A DNA stretch of 64,000 nt from Podarcis vaucheri (taxonomy: Eukaryota): the NCBI GenBank assembly GCA_965113315.1, contig OZ220368.1. One strand, given 5' to 3'. Each line of letters opens with the position of its first letter. Within the stretch, counting starts at the first letter, position 1. This document shows, one piece after another, positions 48,510 through 62,415 of the stretch. The position numbers and the translations under genes are program-made. Under the pieces are notes generated by a model. It was given only the letters and a program-made list of their open reading frames with translations, made no database searches and was not told the origin of the DNA.

Positions 48510-48720
48510 GATTACATTTATATCTCCCCCGTTCCTTCAAGGGGTCAAGGTGACGTATAAATTTATTACCTTCTCTATGTTATCTTCACAGCAACTCTGT
48601 GAGGTAGGTTAGGCTGAGAGATAGAGACTGGCTCAAAATCACCCCGAGGGTTCCTGACTGAGTGAGCCTCCCCTGGTCTTACAGGTCCTAGTCCAACGCA
48701 CTAACCTCTACACCACACGG
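48510..48720 (-). mobile_element. CORE/MIR-like tRNA SINE
   Basis: ctgtgaggtaggttaggctgagaga core. Reverse-orientation relative of 45780-46000. Confidence 0.6.
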
Positions 48721-49327
48721 GCTGGATGCACAGAAGGAATAACAAGTTCCTCCACCCCTCGGAAATCACCGAGGTGAGAAACCCCATAATGATGTTAAGA
48801 TTTATTTCCTGAAAAGTAATAAATAGCCAATTTTGGACTCAACATTGTTTATATGTAGTTAGGGTTTAGGGATTCCCCACCATCACAAACACACACATCG
48901 ATATGCATCACTTTTGACTTGTCAATGTTATCTTTTTTAATCCAAGACCTTATTCTTCCAACTAGGCAGTAGAGAACTTGGTTTTCAGACTTGACCAATC
49001 AGTTTCCATTCCTATGGTACTGACAAGAGGCAAATGATCTTCCACAAAGATCATTTAGCAGCAGAAGGCTGAGGTGCAGAGATGCTCTGCTGAGAGACTG
49101 AGGGTTTCCTTAAAGAAGGCAGCTCAGCCCAGCAAGAACCTAAGCCTTCTAAATCTGCATTTCTCCAATGCCAACTTCCTACCAAAGACCTTAGCAAAAT
49201 TCACTTTCAGTATCAGTACCCACATTTGCACAGCTGAGATAAAAAGAAGCAATAAGGTAATGGAAAAAAACAGCAGCAAAAGGCAATGAAAGAAACCAAG
49301 ATGCTTCCACTTCCCTCGGCTCCTTAC

Positions 49328-49495
49328 CTCCTCTTTTTCTGCACTCTCCAGATCCCTCCATTCTTCAATGGGCTGCCCCAGGTCCACCGTGTTCATGGGC
49401 ACCTTGACTTCTCCAATGATGTCATGTTTGGAGAAACGGTCAAAGTCATAGATAGCCATCACCAACGTCTTGCCACCCAGCTCCTGATATGGAAT
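49328..49495 (-). CDS. SYT2: SYT2 exon (C2A end), [56 protein letters not shown]
   Basis: AG/GT boundaries, 168 nt; Ca2+-binding YDFDRFS loop. Confidence 0.97.
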
Positions 49496-49769
49496 CTGTT
49501 ACACAGAACAGAAGACTGTGGTTCAGTAACTGCTTTGGCACCTGGAACAAACTCTCTTAAGAGGCTGTTGGAATGATCTTGCCCAATAATACATTTTGTT
49601 TCAATTGCCAGGAATTATTCCCCCCCCCCATTTTTTCCCGAGCGACACTGGGTATTGCTCCCTGCAGTACTTCTTTATTTCTGTCTGGGGGCTACCACAA
49701 ATATGTCAGTGTTCTAGCTGTGTGCAATATATCCTCTGCAGAGGATGCCTAGGCCAACAGAAGTCTTAC

Positions 49770-49937
49770 CTTGAAGACAAAGGTCTCATTGTAGGTTGGA
49801 TTAAGGGTCTTCTTTTGCACTTTGGTCTCAAACTTCTTCTTCTTGTCAGGAAGCAGGAAGACTTTGACGTAAGGATCAGATGTGCCCCCCATGTCCAGTG
49901 CTGGGAGCTCAGCTGCTTGGAGGATCCCTACTGTGAG
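49770..49937 (-). CDS. SYT2: SYT2 exon (C2A), [56 protein letters not shown]
   Basis: AG/GT boundaries, 168 nt. Confidence 0.97.
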
Positions 49938-51220
49938 CTGTCAGGGAAAAATAGGTCTTAGGAAATGAAATGGCTTTGCAAGGCCACATGCCAAACAGCA
50001 CAATGCATAGAGAAGGAAATTGGCCTCGGAACTAATATGAACTGTCACCTTCCTTCTGATCTTGCTAGATGCCCTACGTTGTCCTTCTGTGTTATACTCA
50101 CAGGTGTTATTCTTCAATTAGCCTAGAAATACCATCTTATTTAGTTTAGTTTATTGCTATGATATATAACATACATAACTGTATAGTGTAAACCGCCCTA
50201 GGAAGAAGGGCAGTATAAGTAATTTAATAAATGAAATAATGACGAAGAATGAAAAGCAGCAACTAACCATGTGTTCCTTTTTCATTATGCTTGCGATAAA
50301 TACGGAGACTACCCTTCTGTAACATTGAAACAAACCATGATTCAGCCCAAACAAGCAGTCTCTGGGAGAGATTTCGGCCAGTCCTTCTGGTTGCTTTGCT
50401 GCTCTACCAAACTGAGCCAAGCCATGATTTCACTTAACATATCATCCAAACTTGTGTTTGTAGCTCAGCCTTGCCTGATAAACCATGAGCTACAAACCAC
50501 AGGGCAAACTTCGGTTAAAGCTCATTATTTGTTGAGAAACCAAAACTGCAAGCCAGGCTTGGATAAGATGCTAAGCCAAACCACATCTTTGACTAGTGCA
50601 GCAGCAAAACAACCAGAGGAGCCAAGCAACTTCAATCATTTTTCTGGAGCTTACACCTTTTGCCATGCTAAGCCATTATGTTTGGCTTAGCACCATGCAC
50701 AAACTGGGCCTATAAATCCATTGGCCACTATGTCATGCCCATGAAGCTGATTATCTCATTGACCACCAAGAGAGAGCCATTCACATTACTTCTTACAAAT
50801 AAAAGTATACTGGGAAAGTACCATTATTCCATCACCTGGTTTGTGAAAGAAAAAGAGCATAAAATTGCATGCCACTGTTTTTAAAGGAAAAGCAGTGTGT
50901 GGAGAGAGAATTTGGAATGGGAGAAGGGGATGTTTAATCTTTTCCTAACCTCAACTTCCTGTGGGCAGGGAAAGAGCAAAGCTTCTCTTTCACATATACT
51001 GCTTCTCAACAATACTGCCATCTCGCTGAAGCTGCTTTCCCTCAAAATCAAAATGGCACTGAGGCTCTCTGACATGTGTTGCTAAATAACACACAGCTAC
51101 CAACTGTGTTAACTGCTTCTGCTATCATTGCTCTCCCTCTGGGTGACATCTCTCCAACAGCTTTGGGTGCATAGCCTTTCCCCTTCTCTCTCGCCCCACC
51201 TATTCATTTGGGTGCCTTAC

Positions 51221-51349
51221 CTGGTTCGCCTGGAAGTCATAGTCTAGGGAGAACTGCAGCTTGCCCAGGTTCTCTGGTTCCTTCTCCTCTTCCTGTTCCC
51301 CCTCTCCTTCCCCTTCTTCTTCATCATCATCGTCATCATCCTGTTTGTC
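51221..51349 (-). CDS. SYT2: SYT2 exon (acidic linker + C2A start), [43 protein letters not shown]
   Basis: ttccag acceptor, a second in-frame acceptor 9 nt in (exon start 51340), and a gtaagg donor. Confidence 0.94.
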
Positions 51350-54300
51350 CTGGAAGAGAAGCAATACCATAATGTTTTGCACAGGAACACCATGCACTGA
51401 GAACCTAGTTCCCCTTCACACATGCGTATCCTTTCCCCCATACCTTGCCTAAGCACTGAAATGCATGTACATAATCCATAAAGCGTTACTTCAGGAGTAG
51501 GAAAAGGAGAGTTGGCAAAAGGGGAGCCTAAGGTTCCTTATCAGTATTTTGCTCATAATTTTGGGTCTCTCTCTGACTTCAGTCATCACCACACAGGCTG
51601 GGCACATGTTTATTCCAGTCACGACAAAGAGTTAAAAATTTCTAGATACCCTAAATGACGGAATCATTGAAAAGTTGGGTAGAGGGGTGACGGTCCTGGA
51701 CTTAATCTTAAGTGGTGCCCAGAACCTGGTACAAGATATAAGGGTTGTTGGACCAGATAGTAACAGTAACCCTAGTGGTGAAAAAGTCAACATATATGTG
51801 AGTGGGCAAAGCCCAACTTTGAAGGAGGAAATTCCCCCAAAATGAGGGGATTGGTAAAAAGGGAAGTTGAAAGTGAAAGTCAAGAGGCGTCAAAACTATC
51901 TAAAATTCTTGGGAGTAAGGATTGTTCAAAACTAGAAGCTCAGCTAGACTGCATACAGATCAGGAAAAATGCCCCCAGAGCAACGAGGAGGCCAGCAGAG
52001 TCAAGGAAGCTATCCAAAAGGCTTCCTTCAGAAAATGGAAGCCTTCGCCAAAGGAAGAGAACAAAAAGGAACACAAATTTTGGCAAAAGAAATGAAGGCA
52101 GATGGTGGCCTGGTTCACATATCACAATAAGCCAAACCATGGCTTGATGTGAAGGTGTGACTATGTCGAGCTCACATCCACTTTCCTCCTCCCTGGTCCT
52201 TCTCGCTCCCTGCTGAGGTTTGGCATTATGTGGCACCTACAATAGTGCCAATCCAGTAGCACCTGGATTTCATGCATTTAAAATTCCACTTTGTTAGTAA
52301 TGGTTTTGTTCTGTTTTATGTGGTGTTTTTATTGCATATTTTTATTTAACTGTATATTGCCTTGGAGGGAGTAATGAATTAATCATCATAATCTACTAGA
52401 GAGATTATAGGCCTGAGGCCACCCAAATGTTGATGAACTCACATCAATCCCAGACAATGGTCAGGGGTGAGAGATGAGAGTCCTGCTTTATCTGGAGAGC
52501 CACAGGTCTCCTATCCCTGGTCTACTGGATAGCAGATTTAGTGAAAGGAAGAGACAGAACCCATGGCTCAGTTAAGACTATTGCTAATTGCACTTTAAAC
52601 TAACCTTGGGCTATTGTGGCCAGTGACGTTTACTCTGGCTTGTAAACGGTTTCTGTTGTTTCTGTTGCAAATAAAAGTCTATTTTTTGGATGCCTGAAAT
52701 TTCTTAGTGTTGATTTTTATTATTACATGCTGTATTTAATATTGATTGTAAGCTGCCCAGTATATATATTGATAAGCTGCTACATAAATTTAACACCTCA
52801 GTAATTTTCTGCATACATGCCGAATGCTCTGACTTTCAGAATATAAAGATTAGATTTCTGGCAACTGTGAGCTCTGAGAGATTTCAAGGAGAACAGTGTA
52901 AGCAATGGAACTGTAGTTATCTGGTTTGTGTACAAAGGGGACCAATCTATGCCAAGAGGATTATGGGAAGTGGGGTTGCCATGATGCAGCAGGGGGAGGA
53001 GCCTGGCTGTTCAGTAGCTTTAATGAGAGGGTGGCTGGTGCTCACTACGGGATTGGTGCCTAGGAAATGAAACAGGGGCTTCACCTAAATCCAATGTTCT
53101 CCTTTTGTACCTTGCATAAAACAAATGGGACTGGAACACTCACACATTTGTATGCATGCATACATACCCTCAATGTACATGTTAATCGTTCAAGCAATTC
53201 ACACATTTAAAATGAAATACATTGATCTAACTTGGTCAAATGTACTGTATATTTTCAAACTAGTTCCTTCCCCACAAAATTCTTGCAAACACAATCAGGT
53301 CACTGATACATGCAAATTCATTCAGAGTTTCATTTTGCCTTGTGGAGTTTATCCACACACTTTCTTGTCCCACTGCTTCCCCCCTGACCGTTACTGTTTA
53401 ATCAGAGCAAACTGCAGTCAGGTTTTCCACATATTGCTGTTTGCTCCGATTTAAAGCTAAAGAGCAATATTTCCCTGGGAAAGGAGCAAGCGGAAAACTG
53501 CTCAGCTCAGACACAGGACAAGCGGAAGTATGGACAAGTCTCTTGTCTTGCCAGAGAAATTGATCTGCTAAGAAACTGCACATTATCCAACAATTAACAC
53601 AAAACAGACTTTGCACTCAACCTCATTTACAACTGGGTAGATTTGCAGGAATTTAATGTCCCCTTAACCAAAAATTTGTAAGAAAAATTTGTTTACCTTC
53701 CCCAGTATAAGTCCCATGTCACAATTAACGCCACCATCTTAACAAAGCCTGTGTGGAACTTTGAATTGTGTGTTAGTTAAACCCTCTTCCCTTGTCCCTT
53801 TAAGCCTAAAAGGGAAGCGACGTTTGCATCAGGACCTACCGTGAGTTGACATCCAGGTTAGTCAGATAAGATGGAGACAGAACAACACAGAAGGAGAGCA
53901 ACGAGAGCACAGAGAAGGAAGAGAAGGGCATTATAGAGACAAAAACTGCACACATCATCAACAACACCTAGTGCTCCTGAGAAACCACAGACTCCACACC
54001 TTCAAAATGTATGCTGTATGGGTGATTGGGTAATTACAATTTCAAGAAATCATTTTGGGGGTGGGGTGAAGGACTAACTACACATTACATTAAGCTAGTT
54101 GCTTCAGTTTGAAAGAAAAGTATCTGTGTGGGAAGCTGACTCAGATCATGTTCCTGATCCAAATTGGGACCATGCACCAATTTCCCACTGGAAGCCACAC
54201 CCCTGGTTGTAATTTCCCACTGCAGGTCTTGTTTGCTGAAAATTGCATGGGCCCTCAAACTGGACTGGGAGCTTTTCCTTCAAAACAGAAGTTGCCATTC

Positions 54301-54794
54301 TGGGGTTGCTTCTTTTTTTAAAAAAAACTTGTGCATTTTGTCCCTTGTGACAATGCTGTATCTGCACTCATTTTGCTTAGAAGGGTGCGAACATGGTAAT
54401 TTGCCACTGTGTGTTTTGAACCAGCCAATTTCTTCTCCCTGCTTTATTGTAAATTGTCTCACAAAACTGAATGAAGGTAACTACTGGACCTGGATTTCTC
54501 TGGAACCTGAAAAGCACAGAAGTACATAGGGGAAAAGAGAAAGACAGAGAGAAAGAGAAAACATGACTTTCTATGTACATTAGTAACCTAGGGACTGCAT
54601 ATTTGTCTCTGCTTCTAGAACAACAACAAAGAACAAAAAATAAAGTGCAAAGAAAAGACACATAGCTGTTGTAATGATCCTGTTAAGAGGGTGCGGTCTA
54701 GTGCTTCCAGAAACTTATAGGCAGAAAAAGCTCCAATACTGTCTGTTGCTATTGGCATTCATCCTTTGTTTGAGACAGAAGATATACAGTCACT

Positions 54795-55088
54795 GGCCTG
54801 GTTTGCATAAAACTATGGCTTAGCCCAAATGTGGGAACTACTGTAGAGCTCATTGACACTTTGCTCTTCCCCAGGCATTTTGCTGGTGCACCAGGTCTCA
54901 TGGTTTAACTATCTCCAGACTAATCATGAGTGGTAACCAAGGCTTGTCCTATGGCTTATGGCTCATGGTTCATTTGGGGAGCAGCAAAATAACCCAGGGA
55001 GGAGTGAAGCACTTGCACTCTCCTCTCCAGAAGACCATGCAATCACACTAACCCATGATTTGCCTTAGTGTGATGTGCAAACTAGGCC
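54795..55088. mobile_element. PIF/Harbinger-like MITE
   Basis: TIRs ggcctggtttgca / tgcaaactaggcc with a 3-bp direct repeat act on both sides. Related fragments lie near 18300-18480, 50330-50710 and 52107-52240. Confidence 0.6.
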
Positions 55089-56259
55089 ACTGAGTTCTGC
55101 ACAACAGAGTTCAGTTCCCCCAGCACAATGACAGCTATACATTTGTGACTAGTGTAGCTCAGCTGGAAGATATGTAGGAAAATCTTACGTTGTACCCATT
55201 TAGTAAATGGCTCTTACTATGACCAGAGACTCAGGGCAGATTTCTGCGTCAAACACATTCAACAGAACTGTGCCTTTTTATGTTATCCTTACACACGTTA
55301 TCCTTGCTAGGGAAGCATTTTTTCAGAGGTTTTTATGTCTCAATTAAGTGAGGCATCTAGGCATTCCTCATTGACATCTAATCTATCCTTCCTGTCTGAA
55401 AATCCTGAATACTGCAATTAATAGTTGCTCAAACATTTGCTCAAGTTAATCAGCAACGGGGAAACCCCAATTTAATAAAATCAAAGGATTACAGAATAGT
55501 TGAATTCCAGTGGTGGTGGTTGTGCTCAGGGGCTGCTTGTGAGTTTCCCACAGGCATCTGGTTGGCCAATGTAAGAACAAGATGCTGGACGAGACGGGCC
55601 ACTGGCGTGATCCAGCAGGCTCTGTTGCAATAGTTTCCCTACAATCCCAGGATGGAGCATGCATGTATTAATAAGGTGGAAAGAACCACGCAAGTCCATC
55701 GCCCCACCCCACCCTGGAATACACTTGGCTTTGCATTAGGCAATGTGGTTACACTAATGGCACGCCCATTAGTGGTTACACTGGGAAGTTACACAATAAT
55801 GAAGCTAGCAGGGAAGGCATAGTTGCCTTGCCGTGAGTAAGGAGCCTTAGAGCTGAGACTGACTGCTAGCCTTCCATGGTCAGAGGCAGTAATGCTCAGG
55901 AATACCAGTTGCTGGAAACCTCAGAAGAGACCATGCTCTTGCCCCTGGGTGGCCACTGTGAGAACAGGCTGTTGGATCTGATGGACTATTGGCTTAGATC
56001 CAATAGGCTCTTCTGGTGTTCTTAACCTAGAAAACATGTCCAGGTCTTGTGGGAAGTGAGAGGGAGGAAGGTGACTGCTCTGTCCCATGTTCAGGATGCA
56101 CATCCTCCTTCTGCGTATGATGTCCAAAAGCAAGAGGAGTCGTTCAGCTTCCCATCATTCCTTTCAAATGTCTGAAGTGGGCCAGGTACCAGGCTAAAAT
56201 GATGAATGTCAACCTTTCACTTGGGACTCTAAATGATGCACAAAACCACCAGATCACTT

Positions 56260-56462
56260 CTATTAGGAAGACAATTTATACCTGGTCAGATTATTTCCCC
56301 ATCTATCCTAGTCCCCTGCCTGACAGCAGCTCTCCAATGTCTCAGACAGATATCTTTCTCATTGTCTGCTACCCAATCCTTTTTTTTAAGTGAACATGCT
56401 GGGGATCAAACCTGGGATGTTCTACATGCAAAGCATGCACACACTTTTACGGAGCTATGTCC
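56260..56462 (-). mobile_element. Decayed tRNA-derived SINE (Squam3-like)
   Basis: Reversed head gggatcaaacctggga...atgcaaagcatg...gagcta. Confidence 0.45.
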
Positions 56463-58006
56463 TTTCCATTATTCCATACTGCCTAGTTGCAAGGAAGTGG
56501 GTGTTGTCTTAGTAATTTGTTATCTTGCTTTTGCATACATTTTCTGGGTCCTGCTACCAACAATGCTGAAATGCCTCAAGGAATTTAACTGTTTAGCCTT
56601 GGCCCAGCTTTCCTCATTTTCCAGTGTCTCTGGAAACACAACCAGTTAATGACATCCAAATCTTCCACTGTTGGATTTGGCAAGAGAAGTGACTCAAGGC
56701 GGAGAATCATGAGGAAAGCTTTGTGACATCTCTTCTCCATCCTCCCTTCATTACATGCAGAATCTTAGCACACAGCAGAGGGATCTGGATGACTAGGCAC
56801 CTCTGGGCTGTGCTTCATTAAAGCACCTCATGCAAATAGCCTCATTAACAGAGAGAGAAAGAGTTCCAGCAATATGGGCTATAAAAGTCCCATTTCTGAG
56901 CCTGCTACCCAAGTTACCAAATCAAAAGTTTCCAATATGGGAGAAGAATTTAGTGCCCATAAAACCTTCCAGAGTTTCACAGGTTTGTCTATCTTTAACT
57001 GCTAATGGGATTTGCTGCTGAGTTAGTTTGATTGCTGTCAGCAAAGCAAACATTATAACCCTGAGCAGTAAGAGGGGGGGGGGATTGGTGTGATGGTGGC
57101 ATCAGGTGGGACGCTGCACCAGACACTTTTATGAGCTGGGATTTATTGACTGTTTTGTACACATTACTTCTGGGGAGCAACACCCTTTCAGATCCTCTAG
57201 TGCATTTGTGGCCTTTAATATTTTTCATCTGCAGGTACTAGGCAAGAGAAGTCACCACTGCTGGTGGGAGAAAAGGTATGTATTCCTACCTTCCATTGAC
57301 TTCTAGTGCATTGCAGGCTGTAGATAAGGCTCACAGGAAAATCTACTACAAAATACTATAATGCTGATAGAACCATAATCTACTTAACTTCCCCCTTTTA
57401 AACAGAGTATTATCCACTACTCTAAGTCTTGCATAGCTCCCATTCATGTCTAGTAGGGTTTGCCCAACAGAACTTCCTAGAAAAGCTGAAATATACAATA
57501 TAATTAAGGATCTGCCCATCAAAAACATACCCACATGAGAAGCATAATGCTTTTTTTTACCAGCCAGCATATGTATATTTTTAATGCACCAGAAAAGCTG
57601 GATATCTTGATCCTGAGTGTTCTCTAACAGCTACTGGTCTTCTGTTTGATGCAGGTAAGTCCTCATAGCATTTACTTACCAAAGAGGAACTCTGTGAGCT
57701 TTACTTCTACACAGACAGGTTTTAGGGATGGGTTGCAAACTACCCTGACTAATACCAAGGCTTGCATTTTGATGGTCAATCTTTTATCTTAAGGCTGCTG
57801 CTGCTACAAGCAATGAAGGGCCAATTTCAAATCTCACTGCTGGCCCTACCTGGTTGGGGCTCTCATGCACTCCCTGCATAAAAAAAGAACTGAACTCTTT
57901 GCTTGTACATCCGATTTTCATCCCGCCAAAAGCACAAGCAAGTCCTCACCGCATCATGCTAACTGCAGCATCATAACCGATCCTCTCCCAGGAGGCGTCA
58001 TTTTAC

Positions 58007-58167
58007 CTGGCCTTTCATGTCTTTCATGTTCATTGCGTTTTTCATCCCCTTTTTGTCCTTCTTGTTCTTCTTCTTCTTGCAGCAGCATTTCTTGCAGATG
58101 CAAAAGCAACAGGTGAGGATCAGCAGCCCAGCAACTACAGCAATGGCAATCAGGGCCCAAGGTGGCA
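58007..58167 (-). CDS. SYT2: SYT2 transmembrane exon, [54 protein letters not shown]
   Basis: AG/GT boundaries, 161 nt; TM helix, Cys cluster and polybasic stretch. Confidence 0.97.
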
Positions 58168-58834
58168 CTGAAAATACAAAACACTCTCATTGCACAGTTA
58201 TAGGGGAATTTACTGGGATGGCCGAGTGCCTGAAATGCAAGCATGGGTCACACTACTCACAACCCAGGAAATGTATTTAGTTATTCCAAGGGTAATTAAC
58301 TTGTACCCTGATTGTTGGGTCCAGGATTCCCACAAGCACCACTTCTAAAGTCGCCTCCATTTTTAATTTTTTTTAAAAAAGCATAAAACTAAAAGTAATA
58401 ATTTGCAATGCTTGCTGAAATGCACGACCTTTTGCTGCATGCCGACAGGCATTCCATTATTTAGATGCCATGACTTAAAAGACACCATCCCTACCTGCTG
58501 CACTTTTGACCGTGGGTTTTCAGATGTTGACCTGGATACAGGGGCAGCCCTATGCAGCAATGACCATTCCTATCCTATGAAAATGCTATGTATATAACAT
58601 TTCCTGTGAACAGTTCTGTTATAAGTTTCATCCTTCCAGGTGGCTTCTTAAAGGCTAAAAATCAATATGCTTTCCATTAAATATAGAGTGTATTTTCTCT
58701 CTCTTTTTCTTTTTTAAAAACACAATTATTTTCTTAGTCTCTGTCCTTCTGCAAACCACACATATTTTTCAATAAAGCTCTTTTTTAAAGCAGAAAACCA
58801 TTCAGTAATGTTCCTGAATAAGGTTGACTTAAGT

Positions 58835-58950
58835 CAGGGATGAGGAACTTGTGGTTCCCCAGATGTTGTTAAGACTCCAGTCCCTGTCATCCGCAGCCAA
58901 CATGGTCAATGGTCATGAATGATAGGAATTGCAGTCCAACAATACCTAGA
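58835..58950. mobile_element. Short hAT-like squamate MITE copy
   Basis: cagggatgaggaacttgtgg...ccagatgttg; same family as 4005-4101. Confidence 0.55.
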
Positions 58951-59091
58951 GCAAGGGTGGGGAACTGGATCTGGTCTGAGGGCCAGAACATCATCTCCTC
59001 AACCCCCAGTGGGCCAAACTTGACCTCTCCAACACCTGATGTTGCAATGACATCAGGTGCCCATTTTAACCCTTGTGTTCAGCCCACAAAG

Positions 59092-59150
59092 CACCTACAA
59101 TGTTGCAAAGTCTTAAACAAGTCTTAAACACCTACAATGTTGCAAAGTCT
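59092..59150. repeat. Local duplication of cacctacaatgttgcaaagtctt with an internal aagtcttaaac repeat
   Basis: Read directly from the sequence. Confidence 0.85.
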
Positions 59151-59368
59151 TTGGCCTGTACCATAATGATGTCCTGACTATACATCATTGTCATTTATCC
59201 CACAAGTAGTGAATTGCCCACAAGTAGTCTTCTGCCAAGAGGGAATTCAGGCTTGGTGCCAGCCCAGTCCTTTGCATTCTACAAACAGGTTTAGAAACTG
59301 CAGTGATAGAGCTAGCAGAACATTTCTGCAAAGTCTCCAAAAAGGGGCAGCATATGCAAGTTACTTAC

Positions 59369-59579
59369 AGGGAATCTTGTTTATCTCATTCATGAACTTT
59401 TCTTTAATCTTGGCAAAGACATCCTCCTGGCTCTCTACTGGGCCCGAAGGCTGTGTTGTGTTGTCCATTGACACTGCTGGTGCCACTGCTGTGGTAGAGA
59501 TATGGGGTGCCGCAGTGCCCGGGGTAACAGCTATGATGGGCTCCGGCTGGGGCTTCTTCTTGAAGAGGTTCCAAGTCAT
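59369..59579 (-). CDS. SYT2: SYT2 first coding exon (luminal domain), MTWNLFKKKPQPEP...ESQEDVFAKIKEKFMNEINKIP
   Basis: Acceptor at 59601-59602 (exon begins 59600), ATG at 59579, gtaagt donor. N-glycosylation sequon NTT is present. Resembles SYT2 ESQEDMFAKLKEK. Confidence 0.95.
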
Positions 59580-61550
59580 CTTGGCTACTCTTGAGGGTCA
59601 CTGAAAAAATATAGGCACAATGATAGTTGCTCTACACTATTTGACAGAGGACTAAGAACAACACTGTGAAATAATAGCCTCTTACATATGATGAAGTAGG
59701 CATGGAAGCATTTGTTTATTTCAGCTCATTTCCCCCCAAAAAAAACAGATTATTAAAACTGCACTCTTATAACCTTATGAAGGCCCAGTGCCCAATGAAG
59801 GATGTCAAAACAAGTGCTCCTTAATAATGAAGCAGCCAAACATGTTCCAACTCTGAATCTTCTTCACTAGCCACGTATTTATAATTAGATAAAATGAACA
59901 CAATTAGTTGTGGTTAGTACCTCAGAGGAACATGCATCTAGTGGCATAGTCCTAATTCTACCACTTGGACTTAGGTTTTGAAGTCAAAAAGCATTGTTAA
60001 TAGACTGAGAACAAGTCGGATTTAAGTGCCTTAAATCCTGCATGAACATGACTACAAATGGAAACCTTAAGGAATGCATGTGAAGATTGGTACATGATCA
60101 ACAGGGCTTTCGCAGAGTCAAAATAGTACTCACATCTCAATTTCTTATTCTAGTTTTGTCATCAGAAAACATCATAATAATTTCAAAGAGCATCACTTTT
60201 TTCCTGACATGAGATCAGGTTCATCTATCCTTCCCCAAAGGTCTGGGCCAAATGCCAAGAAAAAAACAAAAAGCAGGTCACAGAAAATAACCCGTTAATG
60301 TTTCTGATCTGAAGAGTTAGCAGTCCATTTGAACATGCAAATTAGGCCACTCCGGATTCTGGGCAGGACAGCAGGGAGAGGGAGAAGGATTGGGATACAA
60401 CAATCCTATTCTGAACTCATGTCAGGCATGCCTAAGGTGTCCCCAAAGGAAGCTCTAAAGATTAAAAGAATCCACTGCACGGCAGTAGGAGGAACATATT
60501 TTCTCTCACCCCACTTCAATCTCCCATAGGGAATTTATATCCATTTATTGCTCCACTACAAACCTGAAAGAAGCACGGCAGGCTCTGCTACAGTAGCTGA
60601 AGGACTGGAGATCTCGTGCAAGGAATTCCTGCCTATTAGAACTCGGGTAACACAGAACCCTAGCAATGGCATTGCAGAAATGTTGTGTATCCTCAATGAA
60701 CAGAAATATCAGATGTAGTTTTCATCCTGGACCATGTTCTTCTGTTCTAATTTATCTTCCTCACTTTCTCTGCTTTCATGTGCCATTCTCTTTCATGGCA
60801 ATGTTGGCACTGCATCAAAACTGATCGCTTGACCATCAGAGTTTCAGCACTTGATTCTGGCTGGCTCACCTCTAAGTGGTATTTAAACTGTGCAACTGTA
60901 GGTATGTTTACTCAGAAGAAAGTCCCATTAAGTTCAATGGGGCCTGCTATCCAGAATAGCCTTGCAACCTAAAAAAGTGGCCATTTCCCAACTGTATGTA
61001 TTCATTCATTTTAAATTTAAAGGTGAATGTATCTAAACACAGCAAGAACTAGGGTGACTACCTGGGCAATGCCCAAAAAGAGGTCAAAGATTTGCATGGG
61101 ATTTGTACATGCAAATTGATAGTCATAGATGCAAATTTAGAAATAATTACTACAATACACCTCACAATTGCGGGGAAGAGTGATCAGGCACCTTTTTAGT
61201 CTGCTGTCTATATGCTAACTGCAGGTGGGCAACTTGAAGGATGCTGCTGAGATCATTCTGTCAGGGGAAGCATTTCAGCCTTTCTCTCCTTGCATGCCAT
61301 TCTGGGGATTCGCCTGATCTCCCTGCAGAGCCAATTTCAGGAGGTGTATGGGCAGAGGAGAGCAGGGAAAGCCCCAAAGCACAAGTGGAAGTTCTTGCAC
61401 TGGGCATCTCTTGTCAGGACACTTTAGTTGGATCCTGCCCCCAATTTTTAATCTGGACTTGGACCAGTCGGTTCTTCAGGTGATGGTCCTTTGTGAAGTC
61501 AGATACATAGCAACCCTATGAACAGCAAGACCAGGTCAAAACTGGCAGCT

Positions 61551-61586
<36 letters not shown>
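61551..61586. repeat. (CAG)n microsatellite, intronic
   Basis: Read directly from the sequence; not within a supported exon. Confidence 0.95.
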
Positions 61587-61589
<3 letters not shown>

Positions 61590-61736
61590 ACCCCACTTAG
61601 TGATACATAAATGTTGTTAGATAAATAAATAATGTGACATGCTTACTCACCTCACAAGACCTGAGTTTTTCTTTTTACATTATTATTATTTTGTTTTAAT
61701 ATAAGTTGTTTGGGGTCACTTTTGTAAGGAAAATGA

Positions 61737-61737
<1 letters not shown>

Positions 61738-61779
<42 letters not shown>
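61738..61779. repeat. (ATT)n microsatellite, probably a retroposon tail
   Basis: Read directly from the sequence; followed by ccacccttccttccaaaggagcccagggc. Confidence 0.9.
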
Positions 61780-61780
<1 letters not shown>

Positions 61781-62415
61781 CACCCTTCCTTCCAAAGGAG
61801 CCCAGGGCTATGTGGTCATCTAGCCAGTTTCTCAAAGAGTCGCAACAGTCTTTAAAATGAAGTGGATACATTCTGAAGGGCATTCCATGGTGAATGTTAA
61901 TATGACGCATATTAGAGGTCAAAGCAAATTCTTCCTCTAATAATCTGAGTTCTCATTTTTTTTATTAAATAAGTTTTTATTGTTAAAATAGTTCATCATT
62001 AATGCACATATACAAGCATACAAACATACATTTCATACAATCCTTAGAAGTGTTCAAACATACTTACACTCAATCCCACAAATAATTCCTTTTCCCATTC
62101 CCCATCACCATCCACCACCCCTCACCCCACCTTTGTGTTTGACTTCACAATTACAATTTCTTTCCACTTCTATTACTTTCCTTCACATTTCAGTTTCAAA
62201 TACTGAAATATCAAATAAGATGGATAACAATGTGTAATAGAAAAAGAAGTATGAAATTAGGCTAAAGGTGTGTGAAGGATAATCTGAGTTCTCTTTCCCC
62301 TGTTCCACTGAAGCATCAGAGAAGGCCACAGTTAGATACAGGATGCTAGAAGGGGTAGGCTATTGCTGAGAAACAAAGAACAAATTGATAATGTAGGGTG
62401 CACACTGCTAAATAA

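Noticed and set aside
61551-61586. PolyQ coding tract
   Set aside because: It has no exon context and is an intronic microsatellite.
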